Positions 12,601-27,600 of a stretch of 64,000 nt of DNA are shown piece by piece. The stretch spans positions 124,001 through 188,000 of the forward strand of contig NW_026854747.1 in NCBI RefSeq assembly GCF_026571515.1, written 5' to 3'. This DNA comes from Ruditapes philippinarum (taxonomy: Eukaryota). The notes under the pieces are model-generated. The model did no database searches and had not been told where the DNA came from. It saw nothing but the letters and a program-made list of their open reading frames with translations. The translations under genes were made by a program, and so were the position numbers. How positions within the stretch are numbered: position 1 is the first letter of the stretch; every line of letters begins with the position of its first letter.

Positions 12601-15600
12601 TGTATCACAAAAATAAAATTTTGCAACCACCAAAATACTCATTCATAAAAATAGAATATTATTCCCACCAAATGCTGTATCACAATAATAACATCTTGTA
12701 ACCAACTAAATACCCATTCTGTATCACAAAAATATAGATTGTCTAATTAACATAGGAGAAATGAATCATTTCACTTTGTCTAGATATGCCTATTTAAAGT
12801 GACCACAGAAAACTGACATAAGCAACTGCTTTAGACAACTTTTACTCATTTTATGCTGTACATGGAATCAAACTTGCAACACTTGATTTTGTAATGGGCA
12901 ATGTTCCCATAAAACAATGCATTTTCTTTTAGTTAATAATCAGTGGTCAGTGTCATCTATTACAAGGAATCAAGATTTAAACCTCACTATTATTTTCTCT
13001 ATTTTGGGTGAGATTTTAAAACAAAACTCTTGCAGCTATGTTCTACACCTACATGTATACATGTTTTGAATAGTAAATTTCTCCATTTTGCACCATCTTT
13101 GCAAAATATTAGGACTATAGTATTTCTAGAGAGTCAATAATATGGGTTTCAAAGAAAGCTATAAATATTTGCATGACTCATCAATTTCTAGCCAGACCAG
13201 CTAGCATTTGATCAGATTCTATAACTATAATCATTTTCATGTTTTTTTTTAATGTTTTAATCTGAATGATATTGTAGATTTTATCCCCATGGCAACATGT
13301 TTTTAAATGTAGTATTTACCTTCGATGTAAAAGGAAGCAGTATATTTATCACAACCTCTGTGGACTTTAAAGCAGTCTTTCTGTAACCAAGGAAAAACTT
13401 CTCATCCATAACAACCTGTCTTTTACCCTCCTCTGAAATACATCATATCCTTGCTATATCAAATGTTCTTACACAAACAAAGTCTATAACTTAATGTTAA
13501 TAATTTTAAACACCCAAGATAAGTTTACTAGAAACGTAATGTAGTCTGTCATTTGCAGAGAAATGTAATCACTTGTTAGTTATCCAGGTAAGCCACTTAG
13601 GTGGACTGGCCACCTAGATATGACCAAAAATGTATTGAAATTTGGCATAAAAACAAATAATCAAAGAAACTAACAAGGTTGTGCATTTATTTGCATAGAA
13701 CAATTTATAAATGTTCTTACATTATTAAAATAATTAAAACAGATTAAGAAATCTTACCTTTACTTTGTACTTCCAATATGGCACCCGATGCCAGGAATAA
13801 AGGGTTCAAGTCTGAGATAGGACTAGCAGTTATAATATTACCTGCAACAGCCTGTAAACACATCAACAATATACATGTAAAGAATAATATTGTAAAAGAA
13901 ATATATTCTCCATTTCCAATATGTACATCCACTTCTCTCCAAATCCTTCATTTGAACCATAGCATGAAAGATATCACTGTAAAATATATGCCTATGTGGC
14001 AGTATGGCCGAGTGGTTTACGTGTCAGACTAGTAATCTAAGGACCTCTAGCCATGTGGATTCCATCCCTGTCAGGGGCAAGTTGTTGTTTCCTTAAGCAA
14101 GTAACTTTACACACAATGCTTAGTACTGGTTGGTTAAAGGAATGAATTTGAGAGTGTGTTTATGCCTATGTAGCTTCCTACACAATCAAACCATCCTAAA
14201 TCTGAACTAAACAAATGCTTCTACTACAATACAAGCCAACAAATCAGAGGTCCTTAGACCTTATGTTGCTTCTCATGTGAGCTAATCAACAGGGTTCATC
14301 CATTATAAGATTATGCAATATTTATTTATTTCAACATATAATTAATTTACTTACAGCAACATTTCTAATCTGGTATCCTGCAAACCATCGTAACATCTCT
14401 ACAAAAGCTGTAAATACTCTTGTCTTTGGTTCTGAAAGTACAAGAAACCAGTAGAGATTTACAGGTCATATATCTAACAAAGAAACTATGTTATGTCAAA
14501 ATATTACATGAAAATATTTCATGTCATAAATAGTGAATACAACTATTTTTTCTTCTGCATATAATTAGGAAACGCATTGCCATTTCTTGTTTAATAAAAT
14601 ATTAGCATCACCAAAAGAAGTGAGGAACAAACAAATAATTGCTACATTCATTTATATTATATGAGATATATAGAGTTTAAGTTATACTGTGTGTGAGATA
14701 TATTGTGGTATATAGAATCAACATGAAAATTCATACCTGGATATTTGCCTATAGCTTGTTTAAGTTCCTGATGCAATCCTGGAGAGTGTAACTGAGGCCC
14801 CAAATCTTATGCCTAGATCTGTGTGGGTAATATCAACAAGCTCCGGTATATGTGTTGGTGCTATCATCACAGGGTACTTCATGTTCTTAAACTTCATCTC
14901 AACACCTGAAACACAAGTAGTGGTGGCATGGCGGAGTGATTAACGTGTCGGACTAATAATCTAATGATCACAAGCCCCATTGGTTCAAACCCCGTCCATG
15001 CCGTCAGGGGCAAGTTGTTGTTTCCTTGAGCAAGAAACTTTACACTCACTGTTCATGATCAGTACTGGTTGGTTCCAGGAACGGATTCCAGAGTGTGTCT
15101 ATAAGCTTATAGCTTCCTACACAATCAAACTAAAATAAATTCTGTATAAACCAAGTATGGTACTGCTAATGTACACTTTATCTTTCTCTATCAAACTGAA
15201 GCAGTCATTTACATGGAAGGTCTAAAAATTAGAACTATCAAGTATATGATTATATAAAATATTTGTTCTCACATGTATATCTATTTGCCACCTGAGTATA
15301 GAGACAGTATGACCTGAACATCTATGATGTCTGACCAGGCTCTATACTGTTGGCTAATTTAGTGTAATTCTTCATCTTGGTATACCCATCAATGATAATG
15401 GACAGTTCCATAAATGGAAACTGGACAAGTCCATTTAAGAAATTTAGCAGGTTAAGGGTTAAATGTCAAAGATGTATTTATATCATGAAATCTTTCACTG
15501 ACCTATTTCCGTGTTGCCAACCACAAGTCGAGCATCTTGGTGGGTTGATTTGAGATCTAACAATTCCTGTAATTTAGTTGGTCTATACCAGATCACTCTT

Positions 15601-18600
15601 TCACCTTCATACACCAGATAATCTGTGTCATATTTGGAAGATGTCTGAAAACATATAAACATATGAGAATATCAGTAACACTGAATGCTGATGCTGCTTG
15701 ATGTGGCTTTAACAATGCTTAAACATTGTTCTACTAGGGGAAATAGTAGGAAAATCTACTTTTATCCTCAGTGACCTTGACCTTGACCCAATAACCTGAA
15801 ATTCTATCTGAGTGTAGATATCAACATATCAAATATTTAACATATCAGTCAGTTAATAATGCTATGAGAAATGGTGACATATATAAGACCATGGAAATTA
15901 CAAGATGGTCTACTGTAAGATGTTATACTAAATAGAGTATCACTGATACAATTAACTTTATTAACTGTGGTAAATTATGTGTGATTAACTGAAAAACTGT
16001 GGTAAAATACTTGTGATTAACTTATAAATTGTGGTAAATGACATGCCATTTACTTATAAACTGTGGTAAATATTTGTGATTAACTAATAAATAATATTGT
16101 AATCTTTTTAAACATGTGGTAAAACATTTTATACATATGTATTTTTTATATATAGATTCTGGTAAAAGTATTATCAATTTTGACTGTAGTAGGTGACAGG
16201 TGACATGTTTTGTCACTTATAAAATGTAGTTTAATACATGTACATGTGATAAACATAATGGTAAATTACCTGTAATTCAGGTGGGAATATTGGATCTTGT
16301 GTTGCATCTAGTGGCAAGAATTCTTTGGCATTAACAAGTGATGTTCCAACCTGTAAAAAATATACCAAAAATTGTAAAACTAATTAACATCTACATCATC
16401 TGTTATATAATCAGAAGTGTTCTAAATTTTGTGTATTATTTTCTATTTGACATGCTAGTGAGTACATAAATACTTATTATGTAAATGGTGGATGTAAAAA
16501 ATAGGACTTATGACAGACAAGAACTAGAAACAGACGAGAGTTGTAAACAATTAACCGATAAAACTGAGGTATTCAGGCGTGAAGTAGTTGCAATAATAAA
16601 TCTTTCTATGTATCTCAACAAATTAGCCAGTTTGTAAGCTACACTTAATTAAATCATTATTATCTTTCTCTCACTACTTTACATTGAATTCACAGACATT
16701 TACTTTACATTAATTTATGATGTAATTAAGCTTTTGTTAATCTCACAGCATGTGTTGCACTAACATGTCATAGTTTTCTCGTATGTGATATAGTATTTTA
16801 TAATGCTCATTATTTTATCCTATGTTATATTGTCAACTATGTATATGCTTCCTTTGCCGAAATAAATCTATCTATTTGGCAATTATAATATTTGTGTTAT
16901 ACTTATATAAAGATGACAGTAATATATATATTGCTGTATCTGGTGTAAAACTAAAGTACACATACATTAAAAAAGATATTTTAAGAAATTTTTCATAGCA
17001 ATTATCTATAGGCATATATTTTTTTATCCTAACCAGTTGTAAATGGAGTAAAGTTATAATTTTACCTTTATTATTCTCTACAAAATATGTAGATTTGATA
17101 AAGTGAGGGTGCAATTCTAAAAATTTTGCCCCTATAGTTATGGGAAACTCAGGGGATGAGAAAATCTTAACACACCTTATTGTAGGTCTATACCCCTGAA
17201 TTTATTTTTATACTTTTATTTATATACACATATATAAACATATTAAAATATGTTAATCAGTATAATCTATTGTTGCACTCTTCATTATAAGTCACCCAAG
17301 AAGGGTTTTCATTTTTATCTGAAGCAACAGATGTGGCTATTAAAACAACCAATTTAGCCAGGGGTCTAGGGGAGTATTTTAATCTACAGGCTAAAAATAC
17401 ACCCGATTTTAACAGTATTTTAACTGATGATATGGATTACCAATCTATTAATAATGAAAACCCTCGGACTAGGTCAGTTAACTCCTTTTATAAAAACATA
17501 TTCATGTACATCAAGTTACAAAATGTTTTCAAGGTTATTCAATTATCATAGAAATCACAAACCTTACAGCTGCAAATGTTTCATTTTATAACATAATAAA
17601 AACTATTACCAAAATATAATATTAACTTTTCTCAACAATCTGTCACACATGACCATAAATATCTAATAAGATTTTATGGTTTAAACATTAAACATCATTA
17701 AACATTTAATACATAAAATCAATATTGAAATGGTTACGATGTATTCAGCAAGTATAAACATACCCCATCCTGTGACTGGATATTGTTGTTACCATTTTTA
17801 TTCCTACAGCAGTTTTCACCCATACCACAGTACTCCTGTATATATACAATATATGAGCCGCATCATGACAAAACCAACATAGTGTGTTTGCGACCAGCAT
17901 GGATCCAGACCAGCCTGCGCATCCGCGCAGTCTGATCAGGATCCATGCTGTTCGCTTACCAACTATTTTACAAGTAGAGAAACTGATAGCGAAAAGCATG
18001 GATCCTGATCAGACTGTGCAGATGCGCAGGCTGGTCTGGATCCATGCTGGTCGCAAACGCATAACGTATGTATATATACAGTATTTCAATTATTCTACAA
18101 TTACAACATAAAATATACAACATCACATTTTAAATGCATATATGGTTATTTATATTTTTTTGATAGCTTTGAAAATCCTGCTGAGGATCTATTGTCCATC
18201 TAAAATGGGGTGGGTTGGGGGAGGCCAGGGTTTTTTGTTTGACTTACTCCAGAATTCATGAGTATTTGGGTTTTATCCAGCTAATCCGTCGGTACAAAAA
18301 AACTGTTACAGTTACAGCTTCAAAAATAAGCACAACAGGTTGACTAATCATTATCTATTGTGACAGGTAGTGTACCTTGAAAGTTTGTTTGAACCTCTGG
18401 ATTAGCTGGGAAAACCCCACTTTTGCTGAGTTCTGGATAATGTTCTATTTAATAATCAAAAGGGCTTTTGGGTCAAGTGGCTTTTGTCCAGATGGCAATG
18501 CATTAATAAAACAGTACACTGCATGTCAAGATTTGGTGTTGTAAGTGAATCAATTTCATTAGCTTGGTATTACTGTCCCTAGAAACTATATAATTATGTA

Positions 18601-21600
18601 ATTGCTAAAAATTTAAAACCAGTGAGGGTTACTAAGCATAAGAAATGTACATTTAATATACAAGAAAACAAAGTTACTGATATAACTGACCTCAAAGTTG
18701 ACAATTCTATAAAATAAATTCTCAAAGTAGAGTGGGCCATAATTCTGACATAGTATGCATCAGAGTTAAAGTTCCAGTATATTCTTGGAAAAGAATTTCA
18801 TGGAAAGGTGACATGCCAGACATCAATCTTTACCAACAGTTAAACAAGCAAACCATAATTTGCCATCCAGTATTTCTTTTAAATGAATGCATGTGTATGT
18901 TTATTTTCAGGCAATTTGAAGGGAAACCATAAAACTTATAATAACTTGAACATTCTGCATGCTATCAATAAAGTACTTGTGTTTGCTAAACACAGTGTTA
19001 CTTTACTACATACTCAATTCAACATTTTAAAGTACTTTATGATAACATTGGACAATTACAAATTTAAAGCTGAATAAGTTAATTTTCACTATTTTAGTAA
19101 GGTAATAAAGATAGTGTACCATATTTACCTTAGTAAATGTTCTGAAACCATCTAAGATAGGTCTATAACCGGTACATCTACACAAGTTACCTACAAATAC
19201 AAAATATAAAACTTGAAATATGTTTTTATCATAAGTAGCAAGAAATGTAAAAGACATAAGAATAAATATACATGCATAAAATTATCTGATATACATATTA
19301 AAGATATGATGCCTGCAGATAAAGACCAGCTTAACAAATCTTAAACAACAATATATGATTATCAACCTTTAAATACGTACAAAATCTGATATCTGTATCT
19401 GACTAGTATAAAGTCAAACAAACCTGCATGTTGGTGCAAGCTGGCCAGAATTCCAGAATTAATACATTTGGCTGATCAATTTTAGCATTTTGTTTTAAAA
19501 CTTCCTTAAACTTCCAAATCCACAGCAGGATAAGTGCATTGGGTCAAAAAGAAAAGGACAACCAACAAAAGAATAGAACTGCTTCTTCAAAAAAATAGAG
19601 AAAAACAGAATACCTAAAGTTGGCCCAAAACAACAAAATTGAAAATGTTGCAGGAGTCTGTTTATGGATGGTAATGGTAATACAGAAATGTAAGTCTATC
19701 TTATTAATGATAATTACTCGTTTGTTACCTTCAAAAGCTTTTTCCATGTGTTGAACGGTAGGTTGAGGATCATTTCGTAGCAGTGTATACATTGACATAA
19801 TAATTCCTGGTGTACAAAATCCACACTGAGATCCATGTGACTTGGCAAGCCTTTCCTGAAATAAAATATAATAATTGAGCCGCGTCATGACAAAACCAAC
19901 ATAGTGGGTTTGTGACCAGCATGGATCCAGACCAGCCTGCACATCCGCGCAGTCTTATCAGGATCCATGCTGTTCGCTATTAGTTTCTCTACTTGTTATA
20001 GGGTTTGTAAGCGAACAGCATGGATCCTGATCAGACTGCACGGATGTGCAGGCTGGTCTGGATCCATGCTGGTCGCAAACCCACTATGTTGGTTTTGTCA
20101 TGGCGCGGCTCATATCATGAACAATACTAAACTGGACAACATTAAGATTAAATCATCTCAAAGCTATCAGTTTATATAAAGTTATAAAGTATTTTTCAAA
20201 AGAAGAATGTCACAGAGACTCAGAATAGGATTTTGTGACACAATGAGGCAAAACAAGCCATGTATTTAACCCTTACTGCACTGAATATCTTAAACTTGAC
20301 TTATCCATCTTTTAATCTATATTATGCATAAATAACTGTAAACAAATATGTTGATGTTTTTCAGAACCATTTTATGTGGGAGAATAGCTTTTAGAAAGAA
20401 GGATCATTATTCAAAGACAGACACTTTTCTATGAACTCACAATTTCACTGGGATATGGATCATAGCTAAGCATGACTCAATTTCTTTTTTTTTATGCTTG
20501 GTACAAAAATGCGATTCTTTCAGTTAATTAAAAAAGTTATATGAACATTTAGTTAGAAGAATATATTAATATTTGCATGCATTATTAAGTACATTAAAAA
20601 AAATATAACAAAATGAATTTTTTTAAGTTCTAATAATTATATGAATGTACATGTATAAAAATTGGAGAGAGTAAGTTTTCATTACAGTGTTAATTTTTCT
20701 GGGTATTTTTTATGTACTATATACGTGTATAATTATTTTTTCATCTAATAAAAGTTTTGGCAGATCACATTTTTAAAAAGCAAGGAAATTTTCCTTTGTT
20801 AAAAAAAAAATCCTCCAGAAAAGTAAAAATCACAGACTAATTTTTTTGAGTCTGTTAATGAGAGATAATGGAAAGTGCAAATTCCCCCACCCCATCCTCC
20901 TTAGTATCCACACAGGTCATGATGATCTTCACTTATTTCATATACACTTGTGCATGTTGCTAAGAGCTGGCTCAACTACTTGTGCAACTGTGACTATAGT
21001 AATGAACTGGCGATTGAATGAAATGTATCATCTGAAAACTAAGATTGTCAACTTTCAGAATGTCAGCCTTCAGAACAAATGTAAAATTCTGCAATCGAAC
21101 ATAGTTAACGTGGCATAATGCGCCATTTCAATACAGTATTTGTCAAAATCAACCTGTGATATATTTAAAGAAAACTAAAAGAAACGTGATGGTTAACATC
21201 ATTTTAAGCATTTACTTTAACCAAGGGTAAGTAAGAGCATTTATTTATTTACTTGCATGAGGATAGAGATGGCCTAGAGGAAAAGGTCTGGAGTCTATTT
21301 TACAAAATTATATCAAGAGTTTGAGACATTCGAAAACCTGACCTAGAAATCATAAAAACAAACTTTCAGACCAATGATAAAAACTTAAGCAACTAGAGAA
21401 TTAACAAGTGTGACCACTACAGTGTTAACAAGTTTTTTTCATATTTGGGAGGTGTGACCTACTTTTCGACCCCCAGGTGACCCATATTCAACCTTGACCT
21501 AGATTTTATCTAAATAATCTTTCAGACCAATTTCCAGGATATTTGGACCAAAACAGTAGTCACTAGAGTGTTAACAAGATTTTTCTATTTTAAGCTCCTG

Positions 21601-24600
21601 TCACCTAGATTTTCATCAGAGATGACCCATGTTTAAACTCATCCGACAAGCATCCTAACAAATTTTGATGATGATTGAGGCAAAATCGTGACCACTAGAA
21701 TGTAAATGAACAAATGTGGATGGACAACGGACGAAAGACATTCAACGATCCTAAAAGCTCACCGTGAGCTAGCTCAGGTGAGCTAAAAGTCACTGTATGA
21801 TCTTAGATTAGCCTTTGTCACCAAGGCCAGTCTGCACATCTGTATGTATCACAAATGACAGGAATAATAATTCTGAATATATTGACATGTTTACAATGCA
21901 AGGTACCCATCAATGTAATATAATCAGACATTACAATGCATAAATTAAATAAAAATTCATGCCTAAATTGTTACAATGTACTTGTTTGCCCGAAATTATG
22001 TATGACAAGTACCAAAAACTGGCTATATGAAACAGACATCATTTGATCTTAATTTCAGTCTATAAATAACAGGAGGACAAATATAATTTAATAAGAGATT
22101 AATACACGGCAGAGTAGGGCCGGAAGGTGATAATTGGCCCGCAAAATAAATAATGGCCCCGAGGGCTGATAACTAGTTTTCGGCCCCGGGCTGCAAACTC
22201 ATAATAGGTCACGTGACACTCATAATCAGTTGAACTCATAGGCAATTTTGTTACTATATATAGTAACAAGTGTATTAATATCAGCTTTTTATTGAAAGAA
22301 ATGTATTATAAATATATTAATTGTGCTGCAGAATCATTACATTTAATAAATTAATTTCATTCTTATTGAAAGAAGAAAATAAAAACAAACAAATAGATGG
22401 TTAATCTATTTTTATATATTGTGACTCACAGTTCTCTGTAAATGACTTGCCATGTAGGTACTGCTGTTGTTTTTACAAATATTCACTGTTTATATATTTT
22501 AATGCTCATGTTTGTATCATGTATGATGCACTGAGAGAAAAGTAAAGAATTTGAATCTATACTTGGTATAATATGATGGTGTTTAAACACAGCACTTTGA
22601 TATATAATTGAGTGTTGGAAACGCCTGTAATTAGATACTGAAGGGATTCAGTAATTATAAGTATTAATACAATATTGTTTAACCATTCTTTTAAAGCTAG
22701 TAGTGTAATATAACAAACACATGTCATCAGATCAGAGTAAATCTATCATTATTATCATTATTACTAATTTATTATTGTTTGCATTAAACCATTGTTGTTC
22801 ACTCTCCATCTCTACATGGAACTTAATGCTATATAACAAATTCTATATCATTTGTTGAATATAAGCGTGACATCTTACAGTTTACGTATTTATATTGTAG
22901 TGATACTGTAATAAGGATGATAAAATAAAATATATCTTATGAAAAATTGAAGCAAATAATCATTAACATCACTTAAAATAAATTGAAACTTTAATATATT
23001 TTCATAATTTTGCTAATTTTCGCATTTGTAAAAAGTATCTTTAAGTGAACAATTCTGCAGCATGGAATAAGCAGCATGGAATAAAATTTAAGTGTTTTTA
23101 GAGCTGTATCAATTTCTTCCCTTGTTACACCCAACATACCCGAGGCATTCTTGTTTTGAAACAGTTTACACTCTTTCCACTTTCCAGTAATGATGTGTAT
23201 ATGAGTACAAAATATTATACTAGAATAAGAATTAGCATGTTAGAATATCAAACAAAACAAAAGACGAACTAAAGAATATTCCCTTCGTACAATCCTGGCA
23301 AGTTCGGTTAAAACAAGACTTTTGATTTTTAAGAAGAAAGTTTTATAACTTTACTATATAATCTATCTAACAGATGCGGGTATTACAGCACATGCACTTG
23401 TGCAGACACACAGGTGAATTGCTATATGCCACTGCACTGTAAATGCAGAGGTGAAATAAAAATGCAGCATGTTACACAATGACAAACAGATACCTTTACA
23501 AAGACAATGTACACAGAAAGCTTGAAATGCAATATCAATGCTTCATATTTATTCCCATGTCAATTACCTGAACTGGATGAAGACCTTTCTTAATACTGCC
23601 TATACCTTCTACAGTTGTTACTGCCAGTCCATGCATGGAACATAGTGGTGCTAGACAGGCATTCACAGAGGAATGACTGAAAATATCATATACCATGTAA
23701 ATATACTTAAATTATATATCTCACGGGGTAAATCAAGTCATGATGAAACATAACAATGCGGCATAAATCTAACTGCACTGGATGATGAAGACCAAAATTG
23801 CCCCTAAATACTTTATTTTATGTCTCCACGGTTTGATGATACGTGATGAATTATAACTCCAAAAGTATCATTAATGTATATGTATGTGAATATGACTTAT
23901 TATCTTAAAATTTAAAGTATGATATGGTGAGGGTCCCTGGTTTGAGTCTCGGTCTGATAGCACATTTTCCTCACTATGAAATATTATTATCATATATGCA
24001 CCTGTAATGATATCTGTAGATACAACATAACGAAATGAACTTAATTTTAACTTCTACATCATCTAACATTTTCCTGTTTTCTGGTATCACAAAATACATT
24101 CTACTTTCATTATAAAGCAAAAACATTTTCCAGATTATGCACTATCCATATTAATTTCTTTTCTTGTGTTTTTGTTACCTAGCAACCAGTGTTAATGGTA
24201 ATCTCTCCACTAAATATGACAAAATTAACAAATTTATGTTACATAAAGGATATTATTATTGTCTAAAACATTTCAAGTTTGTAACACAATACAAATCAGT
24301 GATTTTCCCTGCATACTATACAGCCTTTTACAAGCTATTTCCCTAAGCCAAATTTAAAGGACTTTTTCCCCTAGCCAAATGGCTGTTACCCCTAGCTAAA
24401 AAGATATATTTTTTCCTCAAAAATGCAGTCGTTATTGGTTTAAAAAAAAAGAAAAGTTCTGTTACTTTAGCCTTTAACTTTAAACCCCCCTCCCCCCCAA
24501 GAAAGTACATTGTTTCACGTATATATGTGGTAAAGGGTTAATGAACTTCACAGGACAATTCACTATAAAAGAAGAACAAAGAATAAAAAAATATTAAAGT

Positions 24601-27600
24601 GTTAAAAAAAATAAGAATTATCTATTCTACTTGCTAGAGTTAAGGACCAGTCTGGAGTTTGCTAGTGTTGTGGACCAGTCTGGATTTTGCTAGTGTTGTG
24701 GACCAGTCTGGGCTTTTGCTAGTGTGGCAGGCCAGTCTGGGATTTTGCTAGTGTTGCTGACCAGTCTGGGATTTTGCTAGTGTTGTGGACCAGTCTGGGA
24801 TTTTGCTAGTGTTGCAGACCAGTCTTGGATTTTGCTAGTGTTGTGGACCAGTCTGGTATTTTGCTAGTGCTGCATACCTGTCTGGGATTTTGCTAGTGTT
24901 GCAGGCCAGTCTGGTATTTTGCTAGTGTTGCAGATCAGTCTGGGATTTTGATTGTGTTGTGGACCAGTCTGGGATTTTGCTAGTGTTGCGGACCAGTCTG
25001 GGATTTTGCTAGTGTTGCAGACCAGTCTGGGATTTTGCTAGTGTTGCGGACCAGTCTGGGATTTTGCTAGTGTTGCAGACCAGTCTGGGATTTTGCTAGT
25101 TGTTGTGGACCAGTCTGGTATTTTGCTAGTGTTGCAGACCAGTCTGTGATTTGGCTAGTGTTGCGGGCCATTCTGGTATTTTGCTAGTGTTTCAAGGCCA
25201 GTCTGGGATTTTGCTAGAGTGGCAGGCCAGTCTAGGATTTTGCTATTGTTGCGTGCCAGTCTAGGATTTTGCTAGTGTTGTGGACCAGTCTAGTATTTTG
25301 CTAGTGTTGTGGACCAGTCTGGCATTTTGCCAATCTCCTACGCAGTGATCTCCCCTTATCAGTACAGAGATCTCTGCCATCACAAACATTGAAATATCAA
25401 TATTTGGATATTTATATTTTTTAGCTTTTTAATTAATTTTTCATTATTTTATATACTTTTGATAATTTTTTGATAAAATATAACGGACGTAGGTACAAAA
25501 AGTTAAAAATAAAACAGAAAGAGAAAAATGACGTTAGATTTTCTATGTAACGGTCGATATTTACATTTGAATTTCGACGTTACGTCATGTGACTTTCATC
25601 ATCATGTGACGTCTGTGAAGGCAGTGATTACAATTCTGCCAAGGGAGGTAATCAGTGTGAGGAGTTTGGCATTTTGCTAGTGTTGCAGACCAGTCTGTGA
25701 TTTGGCTAGTGTTGCATGCCATTCTGGTATTTTGCTAGTGTTGCAGACCAGTCCGGGATTTTTCTACTGTTGCTGACCAGTCTGAAATTTTGCTAGTGCT
25801 GCAGACCAGTCTGGGATTTTGCTAGTGCTGCGGACTACTCTGGATTTTGCTAGTGTTGTGGACCAATCTGGAATTCTGCTAGTGTTGCAAACCAGTCTGG
25901 TATTTTGCTAGTGTTGCGGACCAGTCTGTGATTTTGCTAGTCTTGGGGACCAGTCTGGGATATAGTAAGCTTTCAGTCAAATTCATAGGTTGGATTTTAA
26001 TTCCCAAAAACAATGCAATGGTCATGTGGTGATTTTTCAGTCATATTAAGATTTGTACTTAACAAGTGATTCTAGATTGTTATACAAAAATTAGTGTGTA
26101 CCCTTTAAAATGAATTTGTCTATAATGGGCAAATTTTCATTTAATTAAGTATTTCAAATATCCTTCAAGGATTATACAGTCAGTATGAATCAGCATTGAA
26201 ATTATTCTTAAAATCTCAATGTAATTGGTATATTTAATGATTTAGGATAAATTAATTCCTTATTGAAATTTTTGTGGTAAGAAACAAGTAAATGAATGTG
26301 TCTAAAAGAATTTTTGCATGTAAAAAGTTTCCAAGAAAATAACAATAATGATACTAATTTCTTTTAGATAAATTATCTGTCTTATATTATAGTTTCAAGG
26401 TAAACATAGGAATATATCACTGATATAAATAACTTAGGCTGACAGAAAGTTGGTAATTTTCTAGACTTATCTTTTGAGAGAAAAGTAACATTTAAAGTAC
26501 AACATTTATATACACACCATATTTTCTTGTTGGAGTGGTCAAACTTGGATACCATCACAGTACATGCACCACAACCTCCTTCTCCACATCCTAGCTTTGT
26601 ACCTGTCAAACCCACTATAACAATGTGTCAAGGAAAACGTAAATGCAAAATTAGATTTATTTTGGATGCATTAATTTAAATGTAACACAAGTTTTATGGC
26701 AAGTATGGTGATAAATTTAGAGAAAAAATGCACCATTCTGTACAATATTTATACTTGAGAAGGTTAGCAAACAGAGCCTTGGCCAAGGTTGCAGTACACT
26801 CAGCTGCCTTGTGATTACATACCAAAATACAGACTTGTATACAAGATCAGTGAGGAACCCCCCACAACATAAAGTAACAAGTAAAGACTCCTATTATACC
26901 TATTATGTGAAATAACTTCTACTCCATTTCAACATGTGTTACATTTATTTTTATTATTATTATATTAATACATATATACATACAAGTCATTGTATGTATA
27001 ATGAACATAAAATATATTTCAAGAAACAACATGTGTTCCAAAATATTGTAAACTTGACCATTGTCATCATACTAAAGATTACACCAATAAATGAAGCTAT
27101 CACAGTATACCAAGAAAATTGTTGTTTCCGTGTATGAAAACATGGCTCTTAGGATGAAAAAAGGTTTACAGCCAACTCCAGACTTTTAAACCATATTCTC
27201 CCACATCAATCAATGAGTGACCACAGATATATCATATACATGTATTATGGGAAACATACATTAATTTCTAAAGTACAAATGTTAAGTAAAATATTCAATT
27301 TGCATAATAACATCTTATACTCAAGTTACATGAAAATTTCAAGTTATTTCCTGACAAAACCATCTGGTATGACATTTGTGTATTATACTCATGAAATTAT
27401 GAAGCATGAATCTTTATAACAATGTTATTTTGAGACATAGCTTTCCATATTTGTACTAATCATCATACTAAGGGTTGAAAAATTTGAATGCTTGCAAAAT
27501 TTTCCAAATAAAATATGTTTAAACTAATATGGCAATAATCCCGGTTTTGCATGAAATAAAATATAACATCAAGGTTTTGATATTAATTTTTTTTATGGTG

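Noticed and set aside
14755-14785. Programmed ribosomal frameshift or stop readthrough in XDH
   Set aside because: No slippery heptamer or stimulatory structure seen; a simple indel explains it
17745-20179. MLFAISFST.../[11 protein letters not shown]... ORF family (also 46216, 47221, 63616, 63698)
   Set aside because: Chance ORFs from the palindromic MITE; they differ outside the element
23010-23330. Old LINE C-terminal fragment on the minus strand
   Set aside because: Only vague resemblance; too decayed to support by eye
24632-25960. CRISPR array (29-bp repeats)
   Set aside because: Units are head to tail with no unique spacers, there are no cas genes, and the array lies in a eukaryotic intron
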